From: Blasia pusilla | Lineage: Eukaryota | Assembly (NCBI GenBank): GCA_050084515.1 | Contig: CM114271.1 | Coordinates: forward strand, 43,586,001 to 43,650,000 | Direction of reading: 5' to 3' | DNA: 64,000 bases | Shown: positions 25,715 to 39,390 of the stretch, piece after piece | Layout of the letters: every line of letters starts with the position of its first letter | Numbering within the stretch: position 1 is the stretch's first letter | Made by a program: the position numbers and the translations under genes | Notes under the pieces: model-generated | Told to the model about the DNA's origin: nothing | What the model saw: only the letters and a program-made list of their open reading frames with translations | The model's database searches: none

Positions 25715-28707
25715 TCAAGCCTTTATTGATGCTATAGACCACTCTAGGATTTCACCAGCACACATGGGAACAACCGTGCCGGATCCAAAGGTGTATTCAG
25801 CTGGTACACTGGATGGAATCCTTTCAAGCATTACTTTTGTTGAGTTTCGGGGAAGTCCATAGAAATCGGGACCATTGAAACTGGCAAACGCTTCGAGTTT
25901 GTCAAGTGCACGTGCCTGATAACATTAAAGAAGACGGAACCAGAATAGAGAGAGTCAGCGCTCACTAAAGCTGCTCAAGGTGAGTTCAGTTGGGTACATC
26001 TCGTGCTTGCTCTCACAAGGTGCGATTCCAAAAGAACTTCATTAGTCATTCAGAATTTTAAACATGCAACATACAGTTCTTGGGTAGTTTATGCTGTTAA
26101 CACATACATGGAAGTCAATGGGGCCTGTACACACCTGTTCGAACACTCGTGCATAGAGAGGCAAGGCAATGGGTGACGAATAGATGCCAGCGCAGCCACA
26201 CAAAGCCTCCTTGGTACCACGCTCATGTGGAGCACTATCCGTTCCCAAAAAATACTTCTTACTTCCGCTGGTAACAGCAGCAACTAGAGCTTGTCCTGAT
26301 AATATAGACAGAGTGAAGGACAGAATAACAAAGTAACGAAGAGGATGATTGAGATATAAGTAATTCCTCCCATAACTTTGGGCCAAAGGGCCTAAATTTA
26401 TGCAGGCATCACTCCGCAACCTCAGAACAAGATACTTTTTTACAGACTATCTCATCAGAGGGACACGCTCTTAACATCAAAATCGCCAGTAGATGTGCTA
26501 CCAACAGCGGTGAAGTAGAGCTATTTGCCACAAATCTTATTAAAAAGCGTATGAGAAAGTAACTTACTGTGCTTCTCTCTTTTGAGTACAGGTAGACAAT
26601 AGTTGTGTGGTCGTAATCCACCTTGGAAGATGGCATTTCTATTCAACAGCAAATGTTGTGGTGTTACAGTGGCCCCAATAGATCCTGCCATGGCGGAAGG
26701 AGGTACATTAGTAAGACAACAGTGTACAGCCCGTGAGACCAACAATCATTCTGCCCAAAAATTCAAAAAGAAGTCTTCTTGCTGCCCGTGCTAGCAGAAT
26801 TGTTCTTCCTCCCCCACAGCCAAGTGTCAATCCAAGAGATGTTGGCAAATCAAGAAACTATCTTCTTTGTATAGAGTCCCCTGCTCAGTGGCCACATATG
26901 AAGCACTTCTACTTCATGCTGAAAGACTCTCAATTGTCTGATTCAAATCAGTGTTCCATGAAACGCTATGAAGAAGTGATTTCAATATTGCACGGATTCG
27001 CAATTGCCACAGCATAATCAGACTAAAGCACAACCATATCCCTTGATAAATGGACAGCCTTAAAGTACTGAAACATGCTGAAGTTTATGAGATCCTCTCT
27101 TCTAGAAAGCTAGCGCTACCTGTAACACCAGCTTTATCCAATTGATGGCAAATCATACTTTCACCTGTACCACATATGGTTGAAAGTTCGACACTTCGTA
27201 GCCTCTCATTCAAGAGAGAGCCAACCAAGAAATCCACGTCGATTCTCTCACTGTTTGTGACCAGTCCATGCACAGGAAAATACACTACCTTCGGGACGTG
27301 ATTCGATGAACTGCACAGCATCTTGGGTGGTGATGTGCTCCATGACAACCCTAAGCTGTGGTATCCTCGTGACAAGAGGTATCAGAACAGTTTCAATAAA
27401 CACGCGCTCACGATCAAAGATGTCGACTGAGGAATCTGCCACTTCTCCGTGCACCTGCAAGGGGTTGTCATTCTTGATGTAGGATGGCCTCCACATATCA
27501 ATGCAATGCTAACAAACTGAGAAGTTGTAGATAAAACTTCTACCTTTCCTTCACAGCCACGTACAGGGCAAGAACATCTAGACTTCCAACTATTTAATGG
27601 AATTTGTCCATGACGTTTGCCTTTGTGTTTTATGATTAGTTGGCCAACTCCGCTGAGTGACCAGAGCCAATATTTTGCTGAGTAGATTTGACCCTGAATT
27701 GTGAGGAAGCTTTTACAACTCATGCTCCTGTTTTAACACTAATAACTGATCCTTCATCACTTCACTTAAAACTTCAGATGATTTCCTTTGTACCGCCCTG
27801 TTCCTGGCCTAGTGTGAGCATGAACTTCACCACGAGAAAGGAAAATATTTGTACCAGAAGTGGGAGGCCCTGGACAGCCATTTCTTCCAGAACTGGGATA
27901 CACTTGTTGAACAGATCAGTAACGCCTGCTTGTGAATTTGTGGTAGCGCCTGCTGGGTATAACTTCACAGCAACTACCACTCCGCTCTCCTCTGCCAGAC
28001 AGTAAGGGAAGCTGATCAGTATCCCTTTTTTCCCACAACCTTCCCTAAGCCAACTCGAGGCGTTTCCCCACGCTGGCGGTTGTAGGAGCTTAAACCCTAT
28101 GATTGCTCTCTCTTGAGGTGGATACCTGGCATCTCAAATTTTCCATTAGCATCTTCTTTAACTTCTATAAGTCAAATTTTTGACGGCGGGATTCGCTGAC
28201 TTACTTGCGAGTTTGATCTCAGAAGTAGTTGTGGAATCCGTGAGGTAAAGAGTCATCAGAGGCTTGAAATCGGTCGTGCTGGGCAGAACTGACATGATGC
28301 GCTCGTGATAGTCAAGTGCTGCAGCAACTGTCGTGACGGGGGGCTTCAAGTTGGGCATGATGATTGCTCTACCGAATGTCAATGCACTGCGTGCGAGTTG
28401 TCACATATTAGTCTCTAGACAATTGCAAAATTTTGGCTTCAGAGGGAAGCTGAGGTATGTCCACTTCGTTTCTCACATTAAGGAACCTCTCAGCTACGAC
28501 CCTTTCTTCATATCGCTCGATTGCCAACTCAGAGGTGAGAAACTTCGGAAATGAGAGAAAAAAGTACCTGTGGGGTACAACGGAGGCAAGAACATCTCCA
28601 TCACGGAGATGAAGATGCCAATCATCAGGTCTGGTGATCACGAGCCGTTGAGTCTCATTTACAGTGCGCTCGAGCCGTTCCTGCGACATGCTTGACTCTT
28701 GGGCTGT
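25715..28707 (-). CDS. PYR4: Dihydroorotase (plant PYR4 / pyrC type II), multi-exon; N-terminal exon(s) and start codon not resolved
   Basis: Exons approx. 28707-28568 ([14 protein letters not shown]), 28386-28205 ([11 protein letters not shown]...PLMTLYLT), 27991-27855 ([11 protein letters not shown]), 27454-27289 (VHGEV...DRE...MEHITT), 26684-26568 ([12 protein letters not shown]...YCLPVLK), 26295-26135 (FLGTDSAPH), 25915-25715 ([18 protein letters not shown]...stop). All GT-AG introns; a probable extra upstream exon lies at 29020-28971. Confidence 0.96.
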
Positions 28708-30265
28708 CTGCACACTGCAACATTGTACACATTCTCATATTGTGTAATGGACACGTAGTGCAGGGGAAATCGCGAAGTCCCACGATCTTGTGTGGATTTT
28801 GCGATGAGTTGGGGGTTGATATGGTGCTAGCTTCCCGCAACAAACGATCAAATACATTTTCCGATCAGAGCTTCATTTGAGACAAAAAATTCAAATGGAG
28901 GCCACAATGATTGCTCCACCATGCATCGAGATTCGAAGCACTAGATTCGTTGGGTGGTAGCAACTCTGACCTGCGCGGCTCGAACTCGGAAGGCGGAAGA
29001 AGTACAGAAATCCCTTCCATCTACCGAAAAAATCAAGTCAGAAATTCGCAATGTACCCAAGAGTCGGACATCATGATTTAGAAGGAAAATTTCTGCACCA
29101 AATTGACGAAAGCTTAAACATTGCTCATTGACACCGCTAGGAAAGTCCAAATTCTACGAACGAAGATCCCGATTCACACGATGAGGGACTTACTTTTCGG
29201 AGCGAGCCACTTTGGCAGCGAGCTATGCAGGGAGGCGGAAGGCTGTAGCTGGATGGACTCCATCGCTGCCGCTCCTTATCCCACTTTATCACTTTAGCAC
29301 TTTCTGGCTGGGAATTGGAATAATCGTAGCTGCTGCCCACACTGCTAATAATATCGAGTGTGTTAAGGTGACTATATTCTCGTGTCCATACGAATCGATA
29401 GCGCTTCCAATCTAGCGCTCTCCTGAAGGTCTCAAGAAGAGCAGGCCTCGCAGATTTGGAATGTCCTAATCTACTTCGTACCAATAGCAGTCGACTCGCT
29501 TGTTTGTGCTGTCGAGCCGCTCAGGGCTTTTTTCTTCTCGGCTGAGGCACTGTACCCATCCTTCATTCATCTGTTATGCCCTTCTCATCCATCCTCCTGG
29601 AGACACACCTCGAGCCTTCAGTCAGCTACAGTTGATGAAAGTACTGTAGGAGTTACGAAGTAGGGTCGCAACCGCTGTGGGGAGCTTTAATGAGGTTTGC
29701 GGAAACCACAAAGCTGAGTTGAACTGCGTTACCGAGTTACCAACAGGTGCGCAGTTACAGATGTGGTGACGGCTGCCAACGGTCGTCACAGGAAGGAGAC
29801 GCCAAGCACGTCACCACCTCTAGATTTTAAAGATCGACCGGTCTTGCTGCTTCCTATTCTACGTTTCCTGGCGCATTTGCTTACTCGCGACTGGAGTCTG
29901 ATGGCTAATTGAGTCGCGGTAAGCGATTCGCCCAGTTTCGCGGCGTCGTGCACTCTGTCAGACGTAGTCTCCACAAACGTCGCCCGATGCTACCTACTGT
30001 CTGAGACTCGGGAGCACTACTATTCCTCAGCCCCGCCATTTTGGAGGCGCGGTTGGGGAATATTAGAGCTGTCCACATCGCATTGACAGACTGTTCGGCG
30101 CGGGCCTTAAAAGGAGTTGCTAAATTTCTGTCTTGCCTAATATGGATCCTCAGAAATACTCTGCGAAATGCGCTTGCTAGCATTCGAAATTTTCAATTTC
30201 GGGTTGGACACCTGAACGATCTCTGTGCACCTCCTTCATTTTATTCTAGTCATACTTTTGAAATT

Positions 30266-33045
30266 ATGGCTGGGGAAGCGTTATCGAAGAAGAGATCAAG
30301 GGAAGCATCTCTGAAATCGTGTGAGACTGATGTTGCCCCGGGAGTATCTACGGTCCCTACAGGCGAAACTCCCGAGGAGAATCAGGATTTGTCAAAGTAA
30401 GTTATGCAGCTTCTCGAAACGAATGACTTGCACTTTTAAACACTTTCCCGATTAATCTGTGGAAAAAATATTTAAGTAAATGTATGTTTTCGATGGCTGC
30501 CTGTGAGCAATTTGTAATTTTGTTAAACGACTTGCGTGCTTGCTTAATTTGTGACGACAGGGAGTTTGTACTCGTTGGTGCATTGCATGGTTTGGAAAGC
30601 TGAGTTGCGATGGAACCGTACATATTAACGTAAAATGATTGTGGAGTGCTCAGCGATATAAAAGGTATTCTTGCAGCTCTTCATCAAGTTCGTCAGAAGA
30701 CTTTATCAGAGGGACAAAAGAAGAGCCAAGAGCTTCTCAACAGGTATGGACTTCAACGATATACTTTCTCCTTCAAATAGTTCAAGAAGCTACCATGATG
30801 AGAAAATCTAGCATCTCCTTTAAATAGTTCAGAAAGCTACCATGATGAGAAAATTTAGCATCTCCTTTGAATAGTTCAGAAAGCTACAATGATGAGAAAA
30901 TCTAGCATTGGATAGCAGAGTTTTCATGTCATTTACCTCCGCCAAAAGACACAATCCCCTCAGACGGTTCTAACTGAGATCTGCAAATTAGACTTATCAT
31001 TTAACGTGCGTTATACTTTCTTAGCTTGAGCAAGGTGGACCGATGCATGGATTTCTAGAATTTCGTGTAACATTGTATTAAAAAGCTACGAGTACAAGCT
31101 TTGGATTCGGAGGTTGTCATGATATGCACTGACTTTGATCTTCTTACAGCGCAACTGCTGAGATTAGAGCCTTAATCGAAGAAGCTAAGGACAAGGTAGA
31201 AAAGGAAAGGTCTGTTATGAAACTGCAACTTACAGCGCTGACTCAGAGTAGGTTTTGAAGTTATTGAGTACGGCCATAATTGAATCATGAGTCTTGATGG
31301 AGTATTCATAAGTTCGAAAAATCGGCCAAAACTTGACAAGTTGCTAGAGATCAACATATACCTGGTAATTTATATAGCAGTTTCACATTCATCATCAAAT
31401 CGGACTGATAGGAGGTTATCAGGTCGGCTGGATTACACCTGAATGCGTGATGCGCGCGCAAAGACTGACATTTATTTTCGTCTTGTGTGCATGACTAGGG
31501 AAAGTCTCACGAAACAAACTTCCAAAGTTTGCAAGGAAGTAAGTCGTCGTGTACATACCACAAAATTAATTTTACCAGTTAGTCAATTAGCACGAATCGG
31601 GTGCAGATATATGTGACGTACTCAATCTTCAAAGATTCCAGGCGATTGTTCCACGGTCAGGACAGTTCAATATTTCTTTACAGAATCTGGCAAATTTCAG
31701 ATCTCTGCGACCTGAATTCTTTGGCCACTGCTCTATGAAGCTAAAATGAGACTGTCATATATAACGTTGTAGTCTCAGCTTTTGCATCATTTAATTATCT
31801 ACGGTAGAATCTGAAAACTGGAAGATTTGTATACATTTTACTGGTTAGTGTAGCAGCTCCTGTAGTGACAATCAGACTTGCAACGTATTGAACGCTTTAG
31901 AGTAATAATCTCGTGTTTGTTCTCGGAACCTGTTACTGGATTTTGTTTGAGAGCTTGCTAATTGTAAAAACTCCACATGTTGCTTGTGATCCTGGAATAC
32001 AGTATGAAACTGCTCTGAAGGATGAAGCAACTAGGTACAAAACGGCGTATGCTGCATTTTGCAGTTCGAAAGACTCTCATCTGCAAGCTTACGAAGGTTC
32101 GTCTTAAATACAGCGATTTAATCATGTTTCACAGCAGGATTCTGATGAACTAATGGCCCCTTTCTTCAATTGTAATCTCAGAACCAGTAGATATAACCAG
32201 AGAATGGAAATTTTAATTTCAATGGTGCTGATGCAATTGTTGAGAGTTTTGTAGCATTTTTTCAGAAATGTTGTTACCCTTGTTCTTGTCAACGAGGGGT
32301 ATTTTCCTTTATTCGACCATACGGTGATACTGTACTTACTTGCAGACATTTTTATCAAGTTTGAGGATACGAAAGAAAAACTACTGATCAAATTCGAGCA
32401 GCAGAGTGAGCATCGTTGTGATTTGCGGCCATATTACGTGTACTTGTTTGCTTGCTACGAGCACAATTCTGGATGTATCTGTAGTTCAGGTCACAGCAGT
32501 AAACGAATGATGACCGAAATCATGTGTTCATAACGTTGACTCAGAAGTTTTCCTCGTAAACTCTATGTAAACTTGTGAGACTATTCTTGCAGTTTCAAGA
32601 TCGAGCTAGGCTTCATCCCGATATCGATACGTACACGTTCTTCTTGGAACTCATTTTCGATTGGACGCCGTTTGACTGACATCCTTCGAACGTTGTGACG
32701 GTCGTGGAGTTTAGGGAAGAAAGAAAAAGCTGCGTATGCTGACCTTCAAACCATCTGTACTCAGAAGATTGGCGCAGCAGAGCAGTTAATCAAGAAAAAG
32801 AAACAGGTAGGAAAAGTTCGGACTACCTTTCCGCAAGAGTATAAAACTGAATCACCTAACTTTCGAAATCGACGACAACTTACTAATTTAAATCGAGACC
32901 GGTGCGTGCCAAGTTAAACCATATTTGCTTCGATTTCGCTCCTGATTTGGTTAATGTGTCGCAGGATGAGAAGTCATTCCACATGCTGCGAAAGTCGTTA
33001 GGTTCAATTCTGGAAGGTAGCTCTGATGAGGAACCGGATGAATAA
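30266..33045 (+). CDS. ASY4: ASY4-like meiotic chromosome axis coiled-coil protein, about 9 exons
   Basis: Manual splicing gives MAGEALSKKRSR...ALHQVRQKTLSEGQKKSQELLNSATAEIRALIEEAKDKVEKERESLTKQTSKVCKEYETALKDEATRYKTAYAAFCSSKDSHLQAYEDIFIKFEDTKEKLLIKFEQQRKKEKAAYADLQTICTQKIGAAEQLIKKKKQDEKSFHMLRKSLGSILEGSSDEEPDE*. The C-terminus matches the ASY4 family pattern as I recall it (KKKKxxDKTFSILRKTLGSFLE...SDE). All GT-AG introns; the boundary of the small second exon (~30561) is uncertain. Confidence 0.85.
30775..30909. repeat. 47-bp tandem repeat, about 3 copies, in an ASY4 intron
   Basis: aatagttca(ag/ga)aagctac(c/a)atgatgagaaaat(c/t)tagcatctccttt repeated. Confidence 0.9.
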
Positions 33046-34163
33046 AACGGTATTAAAATCTGAAAGCACCATTGAAGATTTCGTCTCCCAGAAGGAGAAC
33101 GATGGAATCACGAAAGCAGACCCGATCTCTAGCCCGATCTTTATGACCCAAAGATGGATTCATAAAGATGAGTTAATGGTTACGTACTTCTAAAATCATC
33201 CTCGAATTAAATCCAACTTTAGGATCCAACTTTGCCATACGCAATTTATGATCGACTTAAACCTTTCCAGAAATTTGCCTTGATTTGTTTCAGTAATAGG
33301 GCAGGTAAACAGGAGATCAATGAAATGCTTTCGAATTTCTAACCAGAAATATATCGTTTTCTCCATTTTCAGTATGTAGGTTATTCAACGCGTTCTATTG
33401 TCCGTCATAGTACCCATTTGTTCGTGTCTTGTCATTATCTGATTTGATGACTGCCACAACGAAACCTTAAAATCCACATGCACAATACTTACCACCGCTT
33501 GGCACACAGTGTTTAGATTTTTCTCCTTTCCTCCCTCTTCCTACCCCGCCGCCAGTATACCTATCGAATTCTGGGATGACGATCTTAGCTTGCACGTACA
33601 CACCTTACATGAACACAATCTTGCGATGATCTTTGTACGTATTAGTACGAGTTCAGTTGCACGCAATGATATATAAAAGTAAATCGAGAATCAAAAACTG
33701 TTATCTTTACTGTCAACAATGTTTCTGTACATAATCGACGTATTGCTTGTTCGATTCCTCTAGCTGTCTGTGCCTCAGCATTCGCTAATCTATGGGCTAA
33801 GATTATCTGCTACTCACTTAAATTGAATGCAATGGGCTACATGTGTTTTGGATTCCCATACTCCAGATGGGTCCGTGAGTCTATTTCTGTTGTACAGCCA
33901 GAACGTTGCAGTGATGGAAGTACATTGGCAAATCAGGCCAGACACGTGTGAAAGTTCCCAAAAGGTTTTTCGTTTGATGTATCGAATTTTAGCTCTTGAG
34001 CAAGCCAGATTATTTGACATGTATGCAGTCATAAGGGTACTCAAGGTGACTCACGGAGGCTTTACTATACGATTTGAGAAGTCCCAGTAGTACCACCAAC
34101 GTGCGCAAAGCATTCAGTACAGCCACGCACGGAGGAGATTTCGAGAAATCGTGTTGATCCAGG

Positions 34164-37156
34164 TTACTCTTCCACGATCTTATTAATACAGATCATGACA
34201 GGTTTTCCTTCCAACTGCAGCATAAGGCTGCCGAGGACCTGCATCATGCATTTTTCAAATTCTTCTTGACTGATATTGCCACCTTTATCCAAGTCAAACT
34301 TCTCAAACACGGACTGTAGCACTTCATCAATCTGTCCAAGCACCCGGTTGTGACTTGTTAGTTGAATCCTTTCTGATAAAGATTCCGAAGTCAGAGTCCC
34401 CTTCTACGAAAAACAATTCACCCTTAAATCTTAGCTAAAGGCCCAGCCCTCGCTATAGTTGGGCCATAAAACCATTGGAATTTCTAACCGTAGTACTACC
34501 TTAAATAATTACTTCTTCCTCTCCCATTTGAGTCTCTTGGGTTGTGGCACACCCAAGAGTTTGCATTGAGGCAATTAAAAAGGTCTTGGTTACAGTCCCT
34601 CCCGGTCTAACCTGAAGAGTATTATAAATAGGTCAATCAAAATATTTGAGGGTGATTCCGTGCCATCTACCCTTTCCATCATTTTTTGGAAGTCTGCACC
34701 AAATATGGACGTTTCACCACATTGATATCTTACGGATTGGACAAAGCAATAGGATCCCCACCCAGGACAGCTATGGATTGACCAGTCCTCATTTGCCATT
34801 TTAACATCAATGACGGCTGCGACTCTCATGAGTTCAGAAGTCTGACGTACCTCATCCACGGCACCGACAGGAGGCAGTCCAGCTGCTGGTGAGATTTCAT
34901 CAAGCGCTACACGAAGGTAGTTTTTTGAAGCTTGGTGACGGTTGTTCTTAGGCAGCAGCTGCCAAGTTTCATCCAAAGCCTGCGAACAACAATTGTGCTC
35001 ATCTACACGCCTTTCGTGATTGACAAATAGGATGCGAATGTTCCACTACCCACTTCCTAACAATTCGAACTAGAACTTTAAAGAAGATAATATCGTTGGG
35101 ATAATCTGCGATACGCAAACCCTCAGGTTTAATTTACGGATTAATCTCACCTTGCGCAAAAGCTCCTCGTTCTTGATCAGCTTCTGTACGCTCTTTCCGT
35201 CGAAAATCTTCTCGCTGTTCGCTACTTTTAAGGGATGTTGTTGCAAAGCTTCGGCCATTGCCAGCGACACTCTCCTAAGACAATCCACGAACTGCATCTG
35301 ATCTAAGCTTCTCCCTGTGTCTACCCGAGCTGCGTGGAAGCCGTATTCTATCAACCCTTTCATCTGCGTGGGACGAGGTCCTCCAGAGTAGTCAGTCTTG
35401 TTGTCATGAGATAGATATCCATCGGTCACCCACTCGTTCAAGGTTGAGACTAAGATCCTAAAGCTTAAGTACTCATGAGTTATTTCTGAAATTTGGAAAC
35501 TCTTACGATAATCCACGAAATGCATCAGATCTAGACTTCTCCCTGACAGTGTGCATAGCCAAGCTGTAAGCCTACGTACACTGGTTATTGCGATAAGTTC
35601 ATCTCATTGAAATTGGAAAGAGTTACGCACTAGCATAACTATCTCCAGATCACGTCGTTCGAAACTGCCCCTGGGTATCCATCGCTGTTCGAATTCCTGT
35701 CTCCTAAGTACTGTACTAAACACTAAGCCCTAAACTGCTCTCTCTCTAGTCATGCACATGCATATGCAGCAGCAAACTTTGTTGCTGTCGGTAGATGAAA
35801 ACACATGCCTGCAGGTGTGACCATTTCACGTACCTAATGATGGCTGTCGACAACAATGTATGGATGTATGCAATGCTGATTAGAAGTACAGCATGGAGTG
35901 CAGAGTAATTGAACGGTTCGATCAATTGAGTACTGTATGTATGCATGCTTGAGTGTCGAGAAAGCAATACTGAAACAAGTTTTGCCTAGACAAATAGGTC
36001 GTCTCTGAAATTTGGAAGTCTCAGGCTAGGTGAACACCAAAATCCTCACCTTTGGGTCTGTTACTGCTGGCATCCCTTTGACGATCGATGAGGTGGGAAG
36101 TGCTCCCACCAAACGGTTTGTTTGAACATAGCCTTCCGATTTGGCATCGATTCGCGTGAAGATGGAAAATGTATCCGCTTCGAATTTCGAAGACCTTGCA
36201 TACTCGAGCAATGCTGTACCGTCGAATGAAATAATGGATATAGGGTCTCTCTCGAGTCCAGCGGCCAAACCCAGCAGTATGTCCTTCAAAACCATCCCAA
36301 AGACATCTTGCGTGACGCCGCCTGCATCTCCACAACGGAATTCCGAAAATACCTGCAGGGAGGTGATGAGGCATAGTCAGCTTACATGCAAATGCAGGTG
36401 ACAGAAGGTCCACAGCTACTGAGACGCACTCGCTTGTTCCGTCAAGCTAATAATCTCAAATTGAACAAAGTCCTTCCCGTGCACTTTCAAATTTTCGTCT
36501 AAGTTTTTTACTCTATGCTCCTGCGTATGTCCATAGAGGTAGTGCTTTCGGACTGAAATTAAATTCCCGGTGAGAGTCTGTCTTCCAATGTCTCTCGAGC
36601 ATTAATTAGGATTGATAACCGCAATCGCTCGACTGAAACGCTACCTGACAGGCTCGAACAATGCCGCTGACAGCTTTAGCTACTAGCTATGCAGCCCTAC
36701 CTACACGTTAACCGGGGAGGAAGGCATGTATCGAGGGCTCCCACGCCACAGAATCTCAAAGGTCTGCAGAAGTACTTCTATCCGGCCGAGTTGGCGGGTC
36801 CTCGTCAAGTTTCTCGAGAAATCTTGAGCTAGCTAGTGAGAGCTACGTAGCTACTGGTGTCCGGCAGTACTTTCCGACTGAATGCAGTATGGTGCACTGC
36901 CTGTATGCATAGTGAGTTGAACTGCAGGGTCGAGCCGGTTTACCTCCTTGTACATGTGGTCGGTCTCTGGGGATGAACCGACGGGAGGGATACCAAGAGC
37001 ATCTGCTAAACTCTGCACCATCGGCTCAAGCTCCACCTCCGTAAGCCTTCCGTCGTGATTACAGTCCAGTGCGTTGAACTTCTTTTCGACGTACTCGTTG
37101 AACGTAGCGTCATTCTCCACGAACTCCTTGATTCGGGACCCATCCATGCACTGCAT
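34164..37156 (-). CDS. SCS: EF-hand calcium-binding protein, SnRK2-interacting calcium sensor (SCS)-like, 5 coding exons
   Basis: Exons approx. 37156-36944 (DGSRIKEFVE...LDCNHDGRLTEVEL...ALGIPPVGSSPETDHMY), 36352-36050 (LKDILLGLAAGLERDPI), 35363-35151 (HPLKVANSEKIFDG), 34979-34851 (SKNYLRVALDEISPAAGLPPVGAV), 34331-34164 (FDLDKGGNISQEEF...LGSLMLQLEGKPV...stop). Collinear with the Arabidopsis SCS-type protein as recalled. Confidence 0.88.
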
Positions 37157-38506
37157 TATCGCTACGTAGCTTTTAGCTCAAAACACCCTCCGCTTGAAAA
37201 TCTCCGGTCGGCTTACCTCTTCGTCTACCGGTTGGAGATCTCAAAGCCCCGGATTTTCGGTGACGTATGCTGAACCTCCCAAAAATAATTCCAACTCGCA
37301 CAAGAACAAAATTAACAACGTATCGCTTTCAAAATTCTCCAGATTGTCACGAATTTGTCTTGCCCACTCTGAATAAGTACGGTGGCGTCGATGGTGGTTC
37401 GAGAGCTTCTCAAGTGGCGCTTGTTAAGTAGGAGTCCAGCCCTCTCTCTCGAGCAAAGCACCCTCCGGCTGCTGGGAGGCAGGTACGTACCGGCGCTTGC
37501 GTCTCCTCCAGGGCTAGGTAGGTCTGGATTCCATACATGTGTAGACATAGCGTGTCGCCAGCTGGCGCCTGGTCCTAGTATATGTAATGTACTCGTGGCA
37601 CCTAGACGGCAATGCCAATATCGGCCGCTCCAGTACGCCCCGGCGAGCAAGCACTACCGAGGAGACGCCCACTCACCCCCCACTCAGATACAACCGGCAA
37701 TAAGATAGATATGCGTGCCCGGGGACTTCTGAGACCGGTTGAGTCGTCATACCAGCTCCGGTCCAGTTTGGGGAGACGTACGCTCCAGGTGATCGAGGTG
37801 GCACACCGGTACCCAGGAATCAGTTTAAGAGATCTTCGGATTGTGAAATATTGTAACCTGAAATATATCTATACTATAATGCGAGGAGGGGGTTACCTCT
37901 TTTGGAAAAATAAATGGTTATGTTTTTTCCCAAGCAATCGTCTTGAAATGGCAGCTTTGAAGAAAAAGTTTAAAAAAAAGAAACCAAATCTATGGGAAAG
38001 TTCGGAGGGGATGTTATTTCACGAAAGAGTTGAAATTTTTAGACGACCTTCTATTTGTTTAGAAAATCTTATATTTGGAGGGGTCCTATTTCACGAAGAT
38101 TTTATTTGATCATACCCTTTCGAACTAACGAGCCGTAATATGACACCTGGTAGCTCACTAGACGAGTAGAGAAATTTAGAATGGCCTCTCTAAACTATGC
38201 GCTCTCTCTAAGTAGGAGCAGTCATCACACTATCCCACACAGAGGACCTGAACGTGACAAAGGAGGTGGTGAAAAGGCAAAGTGGTGATTCGCGGCAAAG
38301 GGGCGGAGGGAATTTCAAGGTTTCTGTCAAGTACTTCGAGGTACAGCTCCGCTCTCTCGTTCTCTGGACTCTCAGATATTATCTCCTGTTTCTCTCTCTT
38401 TCTGTGTGCGGGCATTCATAGTCGGCGAAACCCATTCTCAAGAGTTCCAGTGGAATTCTGGTCGACCTGAATTTTTCTTTCGATCGCTCCTGTTTGGTCT
38501 TCGATC

Positions 38507-39390
38507 GCTCCTATTTGGTCTTCGATCGCTGTCAGTCTTTTTCTTCTCCAATCGAATCACATTGAACACCATAGTTCCAACCGCTTTTCCGTAGAAACAA
38601 TTCCTTTGTAATTTGTGAGCAGCGTTTTCGCAAAGCTACGCTGATAGATTCCGTGACCAGAGACAATCTCTTCGATCGTAGATCGACCGAGTGTTCAGAG
38701 GCGGATGGTGTCAGTTTTAGTGGAAAGGAAAACTTTGCGCATGGCAGATTCGTATCAAGGACTAGGATATCTAGGGGAATTCTGATTCAGTCTATCTTCT
38801 CCACTTTGGGGTGTGCGATGACCGTTCGTTTTATCTGAAAATGTGATTGAGAGCCTATGGGTCGAGAGATTCCTACTCAATCCCACGAATGGAAGCTCAG
38901 GTGACCCATCGCGTGTCTTGAAACACACCAAATTCACACCACACTTCAAATTCTTAGTGGAATTTGAAGAGATGGCTACTGAGTTGCTATTGGAAATTGC
39001 TCCTGTTTGGTCTTCGATCGCTGTCAGTCTTTTTCTTCTCCAATCGAATCACATTGAACACCATAGTTCCAACCGCTTTTCTGTAGGAACAATTCCTTTG
39101 TAATTTGTGAGCAGCGTTTTCGCCAGGCTACGCCTGATAGATTCCGTGACCAGAGACAATCTCTTCGATCGTAGATCGACCGAGGCGTTGAGGCGGATGG
39201 TGTCAGGTTTTAGTGGAAAGGAAAACTTTGCGCATGGCAGATTCGTATCAGGACTAGGATATCTAGGGGAATTCTGATTGATCTATCTTCTCCACTTTGG
39301 GGTGTCGATGACCGTTCGTTTTATCTGAAAATGTGATTGAGAGCCTATGGGTCGAGAGATTCTGCTCAATCCCACGAATGGAAGCTCAGG
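38507..39390. repeat. Direct duplication of about 390 bp inside the Helitron 2 5' region
   Basis: 38507-38901 recurs at 38999-39390 with small indels; a 21-bp tandem unit (gctcctgtttggtcttcgatc) sits at the start. Confidence 0.92.

Noticed and set aside
25715-28707. Bacterial pyrC as recent horizontal transfer or contamination
   Set aside because: It has spliceosomal introns; the E. coli-like type II dihydroorotase is the normal plant enzyme
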